NCBI RefSeq assembly: GCF_009914755.1
Contig: NC_060942.1
DNA length: 64,000 nt
Origin: the human T2T-CHM13v2.0 reference genome, Homo sapiens
Strand: one strand, 5' to 3'
Shown here: piece after piece, positions 25,340 through 38,554 of the stretch
Layout: every line of letters starts with the position of its first letter
Position numbering within the stretch: position 1 is the stretch's first letter
The notes under the pieces: generated by a model
Seen by the model: only the letters and a program-made list of their open reading frames with translations
Told to the model about the DNA's origin: nothing
The model's database searches: none
Program-made: the position numbers and the translations under genes

Positions 25340-26480
25340 GGGGGAGGGAGGTAGAGATCACATGCTGATGGAAAATGGCCCACCCGGATACCCTGCTATG
25401 CCCTTCCGCCTTCCTGCCGCACTGAGCCTCACTGAGGGGAGAACAGATGTTCCACTGATTGGCTGGGGTGAGGAGGATGGGATACCGCAGTGGCCTCTGG
25501 GAAGTGGGATGCTCACAAACCCCTTCTAGCCAAGGATGGCTGTCACCCTGCCCAGAACTGGGGAGGTGGAGGAAGAAATAAGAGCCAGGCAGCAAACTCC
25601 TTCCAGAGGGCTCCTTTGAAAAGTGGGGCGGGGGAATAATTATGGCAAATGTTTGAGCAGCCACAGGAGGAGGTGAAGGGGAAGGAGGGGTTGGTGGAGG
25701 GGAGAGTCTGGTTAATTATGGAACAGATGCCCAGCAGCACCTTGGGGTGAATGCATTAAGAAGGGGGAACTGTCATCTCATTCTCCCTCTCAGATTTATT
25801 CACAGTCTCCTGCGGCACCCAGCTGGGGCTGGTTTAGTGTGGGTTTTGCCTCAGTTGGAGAGATCTGCAAGTTCAAAGCCTTCTCCTTATTTCCAAATGG
25901 GATCTCCCTCCAGCCTTCTCTCTCTTCCTTCCCCACTCCGCCTCCCCATTGTGACTCTCCGCACACCCCGCTGTGCTGCCTCTGCCTGCAGATGCTTTCA
26001 TTGTTTTGCCTGTACTGGTTCAGGAAAGTGGCCTCCCGACCTTCAGGCAAATAGGAGGAGAGGGCTGAGGCTTCTAGGCATCCTCTGCCTTCCCCTGTCT
26101 CCCCTCTGCTCCTTGGCCTGGCCATGGCTGGGAGCCAAGTCCAGCCAGCAGGGTCTTCTCGCAGAGGGTGCCTGAGGGAAGGCTTCAAAGCCGAGCATGG
26201 TAGACCTGGGGCTTCTGCTTGCAGCCCAGAGATATGTAAATCAGGTAGCAGGGACACAAAGAGCAGAGGCCCATATTCTAACAGTTTGGCTTACAGTACT
26301 GTTCGCTATGCAGATACTGCATGGTTTGCACCCTGGCCACATGGTCTTGGGGCCTGAGGCAGAGAGTAGAAAACAAGGCTGGGCCTGGGTTGTCCTGGGT
26401 TCTCCTTTCCTGCCCTTCAGTGTCTTTCCCACACCTTTCCTGACTGCATTCTCTCAGGCTGCCGAATGGAGTTAAAACCT
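25340..26480. promoter_or_regulatory. GC-rich, repeat-free candidate promoter/enhancer
   Basis: NF-Y-type CTGATTGGCT (25455-25464), GC box GGGGCGGGGG (25625-25634), scattered CpGs; motif evidence only. Confidence 0.4.
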
Positions 26481-26960
26481 AAAAATCAAAAGAGGGAAAT
26501 GACTTGTATGTCACCTGCTTTCCTCCCCTCAGCATTTTCAAATATGACTCACCTCCCCAGGGGCCCAGCTCAATCCACCTCTGCTATGAAAAATACTCCA
26601 CCTCCGCAGCACCTCTCAGCCCTGTCTCAGCTTTATTTGTCCCTAAGTAAGCACTGGCTTATCTGCTAACACTTTCATCAGAAGATCCTTTCTCTCTCTG
26701 GCTAAATGGTAAATTTCTGAAAAAAACTATCCCCACTTCAGAGCCCACCCTGACACATGGTAGATATGGTGCTCTGGGCACACATCCTGCCCTATTTTGT
26801 ACTTGTTCACCCTATGCGGGACGTTTATGGTTGGTCAGCAAAGTAAAAATGCCCTTAGTTATCAGGGAAGTCTATAATCTCTAGCACGAGCATAAAGAAA
26901 AAGTGGATGGGGAGATAAACAGGTGATAATTTTTCCTATATAAATAAAATGATTGAATAC

Positions 26961-27669
26961 TGTTAGGATTCAATAAGTTTATTGATTACTGGTGGCAATC
27001 CATACAGGTCTACAGCAACCTCAGTTCTTGCCTCCTCAGAAGAAAGAATTCGACTGAGGGGAATAAAGCAGAAAAAGAGATCAAGGCAAGTTTCAGAGCA
27101 GGAGTGGAAGTTTATTAAAAAGCTTTAGAGCAGGGGATAAACAAAGTACACTCGGAAAAGACCCAATTGGGCACTTTGGAGGTCAAGTGTAGCGTTTGAC
27201 CTTCTGACTTGGGGTTTTATATATTGGCATACTTCCAGGGTATAGTGTCCCTTTTCCCATGATTCTTCCCTTAGGGTGGACCGCCTGCATGTGCAATGTC
27301 CTCCTTGTGCTTGGGAGGTGAGCATGCACAGTGTGTTTGAGGAGGTGTACGCATGCTCACCTGAGGCTTTCTTCCCTTTTCCGGTGGAGTGCCCCCAGAA
27401 GGTCTTGTGCTGCCGTATCGTCTGTTAATGCGCATGCTCGAGCTCACTCGCCCAACTCCTGAAAGCTGCCGATCAACAGTTACCGGTGTTTTTTTTATCT
27501 GTATAGGGAGACTGCCTTTCTCTGACGCTGGCTGTCACCAATTATTATTTTATAGAGATAGTTAACAACCGCCTGACCAGCACCTGATGGTCACCTGACT
27601 TTCCTGGTGTGGGTATGGAGGAGCCCTTTCCTGCCCTCCTCATAGGCTGGCTAGCTACCTGCTATAACA
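26961..27669 (-). mobile_element. MER50 solo LTR
   Basis: TG...CA termini; 4-bp TSD ATAC (26957-26960, 27670-27673); reverse strand begins TGTTATAGCAGGTAGCTAGCCAG. Confidence 0.88.
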
Positions 27670-28031
27670 ATACTGTGAGTAATTCAAAGCAGACAACACA
27701 AATGAACTCACTGGAAATGAAGCACATAATGCATTCTTGGCTCTATCCTTGTTCTGTCATTATTCTCCTAATTTCAAGATATGGGTTATCAATGGGATTC
27801 AGAAGTGACCTTCGAAGTTACTTAGTCCAATGTCCTACCCAAAAGATAGTTTTCTGACTTAGCAAAAGCTAAGGTAAAATGCTAAAGCAGTTTGTACGCA
27901 GAAACACATAAGGAATGTGAAATTGGTGTGAGACATTTGTCATGCTGTGGAGAAAGAGCAGGGTCTGAAACAATGGGATTTGTCTGGCACCACACTCTGA
28001 GATCCATAACCTTCCATGAGAGCATTTAAAG

Positions 28032-28360
28032 CAGGGATTGCAAATTGGCTCCTGAAGGGTTGATACCTGCCTGCTGGGGTGTTTGGTTTGGCCTGCATAT
28101 AATTTATTAATTTTTAAATATCAGTCAACATCTGTAATTCAGGAAAGTTCACCTAAAACAAATCAGAATTTGAGGTTTTTTTTTTTTTTTTTCCTTAATG
28201 GAAGATCTGGAAATAACAGTCCTGCCATTGTACTTGGAAGCAATTAGCTAAAGGAATTTCCTTTAGATCTGGGATAAGCTTTAGGTTTACCACAGTCCTC
28301 ACCACTCCCTATTAACTCTTTGTCACTAATGTCAGGTGCAAGTTGCCACTTACCCTTATG
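28032..28360 (+). mobile_element. MER102-like hAT-Charlie relic
   Basis: CAGGGATTGCAAATTGG...GTGTTTGGTTTGGCCTGCA...GAAGATCTGG...TTTACCACAGTCCTCACCACTCCCTAT. Confidence 0.6.
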
Positions 28361-28665
28361 CCTGTCTTAAAATTTTTTCTCCTCCCTTTCTTCCTTCGTT
28401 TCCTCCTTCTTTCCATTCCTTCCTTCTTTGAATCCTTTTTTCTTTTTTTTAAAGTAAAAATGGGACAATAAAAGTTAGATTAATATTATATATTCTTCCA
28501 AATGCTACTGCATGCATCTTGTGCTTTCTCTCTATACCACTTGTATTCATATTACTTATTTCATGCCTGCCTTTGCCTCTGGCCTGTGAATTCCTAGTGG
28601 TAGGGAACTGCTTGTCTTGCTCATACCCCGTACCTGGTGCTGTGCCTAACAGTCCACATTGAATA

Positions 28666-29280
28666 TATAACTGAACAGCAGGTTAGTTGCTTGCTGCATG
28701 CAGAGTCCAGTGAACAAGAGCAAGGTGTGGTATAAAAAAGTGATTTATTCTGAAGCTAGCCCAGGGGAAGAGACACAGATGTCCTGCCTTAAATGTGCCA
28801 CTTTGCTTTTGGAGCATAAAGTGGGCACTTTTATAAGGTGGAGGAGGAAGCGAGCAAGGACAGGGTGTCCCCATGCTAGCTTGATGCCTTATCTATTGGG
28901 CAGTTGAGCTGGCACCTTCCTGGGAAGAAATAAGTTGTAAAAGTGGCCAAGTGGGCATGCTTTCAACATGCCCTCCTGGTGGGTGAAAGTCCTGCGGCAC
29001 CCCCCTGGAGGGTGAGAGTTCGATGGTGGGTACGCTTTGTTCTGCAAATCGACTGTCAACTCCAGAGGAGAGATCTCTCTTGGAGCACAGAGTTAGATGA
29101 ACTTGCCCTATAGGGAATATCTGGTGAAGGTGAGGTGAAAGGGTATATTGGCATTTCTAAAGGGCTAAGTAGGAAGCAGAGAACAGGGCGAAAGGGGAAA
29201 GGAGAAAAGAAGAGATAATAATTTTTAAAAAAGTAACTCATTCATTTTTTCTTAGAAAAAAATGGGGGCACTTGGTTATA
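28666..29280 (-). mobile_element. ERV1-class solo LTR (family not assigned) in an L2 tail
   Basis: Inverted termini TATAAC...GTTATA; 4-bp TSD AATA (28662-28665, 29281-29284); TTTATT and TTTTATA give polyA and TATA signals on the minus strand. Confidence 0.75.
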
Positions 29281-29817
29281 AATATATATTGTTGAACTGC
29301 TGTTATATTCTCTTACTCTTACCTACAAGTAGAGTAATGAGATATCTCATCAGTCAGAATGGACTAAACAAGATAACAAGATGAGTGGGATCCAAAAATT
29401 CAACAATATACATGTGGGTAATTGGGAGGTAATGAAAACAGTGCTTTTCAGTTGGTCTGTACTGTCACAAGGAGCCGAATGGAGAAAGTCTAAATGGTTA
29501 CAAATCAGTCACTTCCTCACTGCCTCTTCCCACCAGAAGATAAGAAATTCACCTGCCTCTGTTTGAGAATGGGGATTAGGCACAGCATGGGAGCCAGTCA
29601 TTAATCGAAATGTCTGAATACCCGTTATCACAGCAAATGCTTCCTCGGGACCCACAATCAAAGGCTTTTAGTGGATACTGAAATTCTGGCTGGTAGTTGT
29701 GGAATCAAAACCCTGCATTGTGACTGGCTGTTTTTGAGGTGCTCCTACAAATGCTGCAGCTAACATTATGCAATTCTCTGTGTTGTTTTGTTGCTGTCTC
29801 CTTCACTTGCTTTTAAG

Positions 29818-30039
29818 CCTGAGACTCAGAACTTTATCTCCTGCCCCTAACAGAGTGCTGTCCCTGGGCACCTGCTCAGAAACACTTGCTCCTTTGTCCA
29901 GTGTAAACTGTCTTGAAGAAGTCATTCTCCTGAGACTCAGAACTTTATCTCCAGCCCCTAGCAGAGTGATGTCCCTGGGCACCTGCTCAGAAACGCTTGC
30001 TCCTTGGTCCGGTGTGAACTCTCTAGAAGATGTCATTCT
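29818..30039 (+). repeat. 111-bp tandem duplication (2 copies)
   Basis: 29818-29928 vs 29929-30039; 10 substitutions counted by hand, no indels. Confidence 0.95.
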
Positions 30040-32007
30040 CTACCTGGCTCTGCTTTCTGGCTTTGAGCACTGAGGGGTTCTGCCTTCCTCTTGGGTCCTG
30101 GACACACCCTGAGTAGGGAACTCAGGAAAGAGTGATCAGCCTTCTCATAGGCTTGAGTCAGAACTCTAGTATATGTCAGGGGTCCTACTTTTTTTCTTTG
30201 AGGTTTAGGGGCACATGATTCCTGAGAGGCTTCTCTTGGAATCTAGTACCGTCTGTTATTCCTTGCCTGCGATGAACATCTGGTTTTTGTACTTGGTCAC
30301 TCTCTCCTCTTTTTGACCTGTGCTAAACTCCTGGGCAGGGAACCTGGCTAGAGCACTTGAGAATCACTCTCTACCCATTGCCAGGCACCTGCTTGTATCC
30401 TGGCACCTGGCTGAGTCTGCTGGCTTACAGGTAGGCATTCAGTATCTGCATAACACCCAACCCTATCTCCTTTCATCACGGGCGACAACTCAAAGCTGAC
30501 CTGGAAAACCAAAGGGAAAGTGACTGAATCCATTTTGGCTCTTTGCTTTACTATTGTTTTAGTAATAATTTTTTTGTTTTGCTTACTCTTTATGCCCTTC
30601 TTGAACATAGCATCTGTGGGCATTTGAGCAAGTTAATTTTAAGGCCAAAGGTAGCCTAGCTCTCATGGTGGCTGGAGGTGGGCTTGCAGGAAGCCATGAT
30701 AAATACTGACAGGGCAAACGCCTGAGCATAGGTACAGCACACTGCTTCAGTGACACCAGTGGTGCTACTACATACCTGCCTTCCACCGGGAGCAGTGATT
30801 TTGCATCAGAGAGAGCAGGTGGGTCAATTTTGATAATCCAAGCCACCCAGCAAACTTTGATAGCTTCTACAAGCAGTCAGGAGAAATCCCAGCACGCTAA
30901 GTGGCTGGTAGGCTTTTCCTAGGATTTAAAGGTCACCTGGGGGTCGCTCTTAATCCTTTCTGATAGAGCATATGCCTTCCACTCCCCTGCCATGTGCTCC
31001 CTGCCTCCCCAGATCCTGCCTTGTCAAGAACTGCTTGCTTCAATGGTGGCCTTATCAAACATCACACTGATGCAGTTAGTGCCTTATTGTTGCCAAAACC
31101 TTTTGCAAGACCACTGCCTCAGCTACCTTGAGCCTCTTCCCACTGAGCACATCCCTTCATTAATGCTGCATTTCTCTGATGAGTTCCCCCTCTGCCCTGC
31201 TTTCTTCATCTGTTTAATTTGTTTGCTGTGCACTTTGAACCCATCCCCTGGAAGACATGACATAACACCATCTCTTTCTATTTAAACTGTTATTCAGGAC
31301 ATGTTTGAAATGTGCATTATTCATGGGCATTATTGGAGATCAGTGCAAATCATCTTCATTGGACACCCTGGAGACTGCAGCCGAGTTGCATGTACTTATA
31401 AACTGGGTAGTATCATTTCCTGAAAAGCAGGTTTGCTCTGCCTTCTAGGGGGGAAATGACAGTTTCATGGAACCTCTGAGAACAATCATGCTTTTGAAAG
31501 GGATCACGAGGCCATTTCATTTGTCATTGGATGCACATATTTCAGCAAGGCTGGAAAATTTCTCATGTGGTTTGATTCACATGGTTTTGAAATCTTATTC
31601 AGACACAGACTTTGGCCAGGTCCCTGTAGAAGTCATAGGAGAGTTGGGGTTTCAAGACAAAACAATAAGAACAACAACAAAAATAATAAAACCAACAATC
31701 TTCAGTCCTTTTTGCTTAGTGGGGGTGGAAAGGCCACTGTAGAGAACTTCTTTAATCCAAGGACACCCACACCAATAAAAGCAGACGGCAAGGGAACCAG
31801 GACAAGCATGGCTGTGAAGGTAAGTCAGGTGTAACTGTGGTGGCCTGCAGCCCTTTCTATGTCTTTTCTTTCTGTTCCAAGTTCCCATTGTACCCTTGGG
31901 CTACATGAGGGACCTCTTGTTCTGGAGAGAGTGATTCATGTGTTGGGTGGTAGCAGTTTGCCTTACTGCCCCTCCTAGGAACACTTGCTATTAGAAAGAT
32001 GAATGTG

Positions 32008-32334
<327 letters not shown>

Positions 32335-32939
32335 TCAAGGGGGATGTTTCTGTTGATGGAGATCAAAGATTGTGGTCCTTGGGTGGGGAGACATGTTGAA
32401 ACAGGAAGGCCTTCCCAAAGCCTCTCTAAATCATACTGCACCATGAAGCTCTTCTCAGCATTTGAGTAGGTCAGGCTCTGTGCCAAAGTGAGGTGGACCC
32501 TCTGGTTCTATTTCCTTTGCACTAGCATTCCACATGTTTCAATAGTCCCTGGTGGTGAAGAAGGGTTTTTGGAAAGCGCTTACTCTTTGAGGCTTCTGTA
32601 CAGGTATGTACTAGACAAATGTCTTGACTTTTGAAAAGTCTGGATTAGAAAAGATTATTGAAGTCAGTTTGTTCCAAGAGTTAAAAGTGTTGGTATAAAA
32701 GTAGCTGCTAATGCCATTGGTTGTTAATGGGTAGAGTTTATATACCTCTGCCATGGGTTCTGGCTTTGTTCAATTGATAGAAGTTCTTATGTGGGAAGTT
32801 TTAAATGAAAGGCCTTTGTGGAGAGGGAAAAAATGAATGGCTGTTTAAAGGATTTAAAGAGGAAATATATTGCTATATGCATTTAGCTCCTTATATTAAC
32901 ATCTCACATGGTCAGGGCCCAATAAACCTCAAACCTTAA

Positions 32940-33750
32940 TTTATTCATTCATACATTAATAAGCTTATTATTTTATTAATTTAATTCAGATTTTGTTAAT
33001 GTTTACTGTACCATGCAACACTACGCTAGGTACATGGAATAAAATGGGTAAAGGATTCATTATTATATATGTGTGTGCATGTGCACATGGGCACATGTGT
33101 GTTGCAAGGCATAAGTCTAAAAGTTATGATTCAGCAGGATAAGGGGATGGAGGGAAGGTAGGAGTCTATGGGAGTGAGGAGGATAGAAGCACCCAGTCTA
33201 GCACTGGTGGAGATAGTCGGGAAGACAAGCCAATGAAACTGATGCTTGAGTTGAATCTTGAAAAATAATGAAGATCATTGATGGGAGAGGCTGTAGCTTG
33301 GTCAAAGCATAGGGAGCATTTGTATAAAAGCACAGAGGGAATGAAGCTGTTTAGGGAAACTAAAAGCATTTTTATAATTACGAGTTCTGAAGGATGTTAG
33401 GATTTTGATGAAAGAGAAGACTAGAGAGGAAAACCAAATCCAAACAGGAGGTGCTAAAGATTTGAGACCTGATCTTCCAGCTGATTGAAAATTGCTGCAG
33501 ATTTTAAACAGGACTGTGCATTTTTGAAGGATCATTCTGGAAATGGTGGGGACTGGGTTAGAAGAGAATTAGATGAGAGGCAGAGAGGCCAATTAGAATG
33601 TTATAGCCATAGCCCAGGTGGGAAAGACTTCCCAAGAACAGTGGCAAAGGGGGATAGAAAGGAGCAGAGGGGCCAGAGTCACCGAGGAAGGAGAACTGGC
33701 AGAGCTGGTGAATGGGGTGGATGTTGGCGAGACAGAAGACGGCTCTCAGG
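32940..33750 (-). mobile_element. L2 fragment
   Basis: TTTACTGTACCATGCAACACTACGCTAGG...; TGCATTTTTGAAGGATCATTCTGG; GAGGCAGAGAGGCCAATTAGAATG. Confidence 0.6.
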
Positions 33751-34394
33751 CGTCCGGTCTGGGTGGTGATGATAAGCAGACCAATCCTAGAGACAAGGCT
33801 CGTTGTCTTGAGGAGGCTCCTCCATTAGGAGGAAGAGACCCAAGTTGGAAGAATTTGCATCCCCTTGGGAAATGATTAGACCACAAGGATTTGCTTGTAT
33901 TAATCAAAGGGAATTCTTAAAAATGTATAAGCCAAATAGTCCACAATTGTGTGTGCAAGTGCTAGACTCAGTGGAACAGCCATCTTCAGTCATCTGTCTC
34001 TCTCTGCGGGGGACAAAGAGCACTGATATTTAGGATGATGACCCTGTGGCCTTACAAATCATGATCAAAGCTGAAATATTCAATTATATTCATTAAAGCA
34101 GGAAGGTGAACTTGGGCATTTGAATTTGAATGTATTCCAACTCTGCCTGCTGCCCACTTTCGAAACAATTAGAGCCAGTTTATAGATTTGGACTGTTCAA
34201 GATACACGAGGAAGGCAGAGGAGTAGGAGATTTTCAGGCCCTGGAGTTAAACGGACATCACCTTTTGACGATAAAATACCATGAGACAAAATTTTGGGTT
34301 CTTTCCACTAAGGCAAAAATATTTAATAAATTCCTTTTTGGTAATATAAAGCACGTACTTTCATCAGTTATTTAAAAAATACTGCAATGAAATT

Positions 34395-34865
34395 TATTTT
34401 ACTTTTTTAAAATTTTAATTTTTGTTGGTACATAGTGGGTACATATACTTATCGGGTACATGAGATACTTTGATACAGGCATGCAATGCATAATAATCAC
34501 ATCATGGTAAATGGGGTATCCATCCCCTCAAGCATTTATCCTTTTGTTACAAACAATACAATTATACTCTCTAGTTATTTTTAAATGTACAATTAAATTA
34601 TTGTTGACTATAGTCACCCTGTTGTTCTATCAAATACTAGATCTTATTCATTCTTTCTATTTTTTTGTATCGATTAGCCATCCATCTCCACCCTGCCACC
34701 CACTACCCTTCCCAGCCTCTGGTAACAATCCTATTCTGTATCTCCATGAGTTCAATTATTTTGATTTTTAACTTCCAGAAATAAGTGAGAACATGTAAAG
34801 TCTGTCTTTTTGTTGCCTAGCTTATTTCACTTATCATAATGACCTCCAGTTCTATCTATATTGTC
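34395..34865 (-). mobile_element. L1MA1/2-type 3' end
   Basis: GGGTACATGAGATACTTTGATACAGGCATGCAATGCATAATAATCACATC...AATAAGTGAGAACATG. Confidence 0.88.
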
Positions 34866-34993
34866 TGCAGAGAAATTTAAACAAAAATCCATTAATAATT
34901 ACTTCCGGTAAGGTAACATCAGCCTTGAAGTCGTCCAAGATTTAAACTGGAACTTTTTGTCTTCACTCTTCAGGCTAGAGAGTCATCCTTTAA

Positions 34994-35316
<323 letters not shown>

Positions 35317-35429
35317 TAAACAACCTTTAAGAATCTCTTTTCCTTCTATTCCAAGCCCAGACCTCCCTCTCTGCATGCCTGGCCCTCTGCCTGGCATGCT
35401 GATGGCACTCTGCCTTCACTGTCTTCCCT

Positions 35430-36720
35430 CTCTGACCCATCTTGTATGCGCCTGTGCTTGTTCACTGATACACAGATGACACCCTAGTTGATATTCCCAG
35501 CCCTCACCTCTCCCCTGATTCTACTCAACATCTCCAAAGAGATGTTTAAGAGGCATTTTCAGCTCAACACAGTACAAAGTTACCTACTGATTTTATACCC
35601 CAAAAGCCATTTTCTGTCTTCCCCAATATCTCCATTACTTGCCAGCTCTGCCAGTTCTCCCTCCCTGGTGATTCTGGCGCCTCTGCTCCTGTCTTTGCCA
35701 CTGCTCTTGGGAAGCCTTTCCCACCTGGGCTATAGCTACAGCATCTTAATTGGCCTCCCTGATTCTCATCTCGCTCTCCTCTAATTCAGCCCCCACCATT
35801 TCCAGAATGACCTTTCAAAAATGCAGAGTCCTTTTTAAAATCTGCAGCAGTGTTCCCTCAGTGTAAGGATCAGGTCTCAAATCTTCAGCACCTCCTGTTT
35901 GGACTCAGATTTCCTCTCCAGTCTTCTCACTTGAATCTTATCTCAATGTCAATTCTGGACTTCCAGTTGCCTATTTTAGAAAATTCTCTTGATTCTACCT
36001 GCAAAATCTATCCAGATTCTGATCACCTGTGACTACCTTTACCTCCAATTTCTGGCATTATCATCTATCACTTGGATTGAGTAAAAGCCTCCTGTTTGGT
36101 CCCAAGTCTGCCTCTGGTTCCTTCATAGTGTTCACAGAGCCATGGCCAGAGTGATCTTATTAATACCTTAGATGTGTTCCTCTCCTGCTCGGACGCCTCT
36201 GGCAGCTCCCTCACCCTCAGAGTAAATCTAAAGTCCTTGTAGGGGCCTCATAGCCCTTTCATCTGGTCTCTGGCTTCCTCCTTATTTCCTGCCAGTCTCC
36301 CCCCACTCATGGTGCTCCAGCCACACTGACTGCCTTTCTTTCCTTGCATCCAGATCCTATCTGCCTCAAGCGGGAATTCCCTGCCCTGTTCTCCAGTCTT
36401 GGCACATACTGTTCTCCCTGGAGTCCTTCCCACCTGCCCAGAGCTTCCTCTACTTTCAAGCTCACGTAAACTCACTTTCCCCATGAAGACTCCCTTGACA
36501 TCCAGTGATTTTCCTTTGTCTCCAAACGCCAGTGTTCTATTTTGAGACTTGTGCTCATCTCCTCACTGGTAGGAGGCTGCCTGGTTTCTCTTCCTGATGT
36601 GATACAGCTGGCTGTGTGCCCACCAGCCAATGGGATGATCACTTTCCTGAAGCCAAGGACCATTTAGTTTGTTTTGATATCCTGAAGAGCCTCAGTATGG
36701 TCCACCTGTACATAAGCCTC
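35430..36720 (+). mobile_element. L2 fragments
   Basis: CAGATGACACC...AGGCATTTTCAGCTCAACA; TCTACCTGCAAAATCTATCCAGATTCTGATCAC; CTCCAGCCACACTGACTGCCTT. Confidence 0.65.
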
Positions 36721-36819
36721 TTAAGGATTCTGTTAGTTTGCTTTTGCCTCTGCATCAAGCTAGAAAAAGGGCACAGGGGAATGGAGAAACATGGTTCTTA
36801 CTCTGGTTCTGACATCACC

Positions 36820-37170
36820 CTCAATGAAGAGGAGTGAATCACTGATACATCCAACCACATGGGTGAATCTCAAATGCATTACGTTAGGTGAAAGAAGAGG
36901 CACCCCAAAAATACATAGAGTATGATTCCACTGATATGACACGATGGGAAAGGCAAACTGGAGCAGTGGAGAATGCACCAGTGGTTGCCAGAGGCTGACA
37001 GTGAGGGAGGGTTGACTACAAAGGAATAGCAAGAATGAATTTTTTTGTGGAAGGTGATAGAAATATTCTGTATCAATTGTGATGCTGGGTCTGTGACACT
37101 ATGCATTTGTCAACATTCATAAAACTGTATACCAAGAACAGTAAATTTTGTTTCTAAAATAAATTTAGAA
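36820..37170 (+). mobile_element. Old L1M (MC/ME-type) 3' end
   Basis: ACATGGGTGAATCTCAAATGCATTACGTTAGGTGAAAGAAG...TATGATTCCA...CAGTGGTTGCCAGAGGCTG. Confidence 0.8.
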
Positions 37171-37614
37171 AACACAAAAAAGCAGAACACTGCCTAACAC
37201 ATCTAAGTGTTTAATAAATGTTTCTGTTACCAAGAAAAAATAACTCTGCCTTGCAGGAAATAAAAAATTACCAATGGCAAAGACTTATTTACTGATGGAG
37301 TATTATCTGAAAAACAAATAAGATTGGTTGCAAAAAGATTTCCTAGTTTGTAAAATATCCAGTTGTACTTATGTTTCATAGGGATCACATAGTATCTTTA
37401 AAGTACTAAAAGAAAAAATTGTGAAAACATGGTATCTAAGTGCTAATTTCTTTAAATAATCTAAAATAAAACAATGCGCTTTAGTTTTAAAAAGTTGTGG
37501 TGTCCAAAGAAATACATTTTCATTGTTATTAAGCGTATGCAAAAAATTATAAACACAGACATACACAAACACAAATAGTTGTTTTCTTATTTTCCAAAGA
37601 TAAAACTGTAGGGA

Positions 37615-37830
37615 ATTAATATTGAGTCCTGCTTGTGCGAGGCACTGTTGTATTCATTAGATCTTATAATAATCCCATGAGGGAAGCAGTATTATCCCCA
37701 TTGTATAGATGGCAACTATGAGACCCAGGGAGGTGAAGTGAGTTAAGAAAGGTTACAGGGTTGGTAGCATCTGCTCCAAGATGTAATCCAGGTCTGCCTG
37801 ACTCTGCGGATGCATTTCCCACAGACACAC
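37615..37830 (-). mobile_element. MIR SINE
   Basis: ATTATCCCCATTGTATAGATGGCAACTATGAGACCCAGGGAGGTGAAGTGA...CCAGGTCTGCCTGACTC. Confidence 0.8.
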
Positions 37831-38554
37831 ACTCCTTCTGGCTGTACAAATGGCAGGCAGCCAACAGCTCCAGCTCACAAAGACAAGGCTCCCGCCTGAA
37901 CAGCATGCAGCTCTCTCAAGTCTGGCCTCTGCTGAGAACCTCTGTCCCGCTGCCGGACCTGCAACCCCAAGGCTCCTGCCCTGTCAGTGGCTTCAGTGTG
38001 GTCACTGTGGTGAGGAAAATCTGTCCCTTTGCGAAGACACTGAGGCAGGGCCTGGATCTAAGCCGTATCTTCCTCAGCTGCAGTGCCAGCACAAAAGCAA
38101 ACAGCCTCACAGGGGGCCATTCTGTCAGGAAGATAAATGCTGTCTCATTGATTCCCTCACCGAGGAGCTTGTCTGAAATGGCAGCTGCTAGACAGAAACG
38201 CTTTGAAGATTGAACCCAGGAGTCCAGTTCCAGCCTCTCTTTCAGTCTTGACTAGCAATTCAAACTCGCGTGACAAATTTAAGTCCATGTCACTGCCTAG
38301 GATAGAAAGTAAACTCGGTGAATGACACAACTTGCCAGGGATATCCTTAGACCGTTGCCACGTTGCCAGTACCAGGACAGATCCTACTGGCTACTATCTG
38401 CTGTAGGATTTACAGCCAGTCCCATCCCAGAATTTGCATGGGTCACAATGTCCTTCAAGGGCAAAGGGAAGTCCTGAAAAGGCAATGAAGTTCGAAAAAG
38501 GAGAGTACAGAGCGTCTCACTTGTCAGGACACGGGGAAGGGAGAAGGGTCCCTC

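Noticed and set aside
25326-26669. Cluster of overlapping 60-153 aa ORFs
   Set aside because: Expected in GC-rich, stop-poor DNA; they lie on both strands and show no recognisable domain.
29768-30073. ORF with hydrophobic N-terminus and 37-aa repeat
   Set aside because: The repeat comes from the DNA duplication and an equivalent ORF exists on the opposite strand; no independent coding evidence.
37664-38213. 150-aa and 108-aa ORFs
   Set aside because: The longer one starts at a non-ATG codon inside a MIR; neither has recognisable homology or exon structure.
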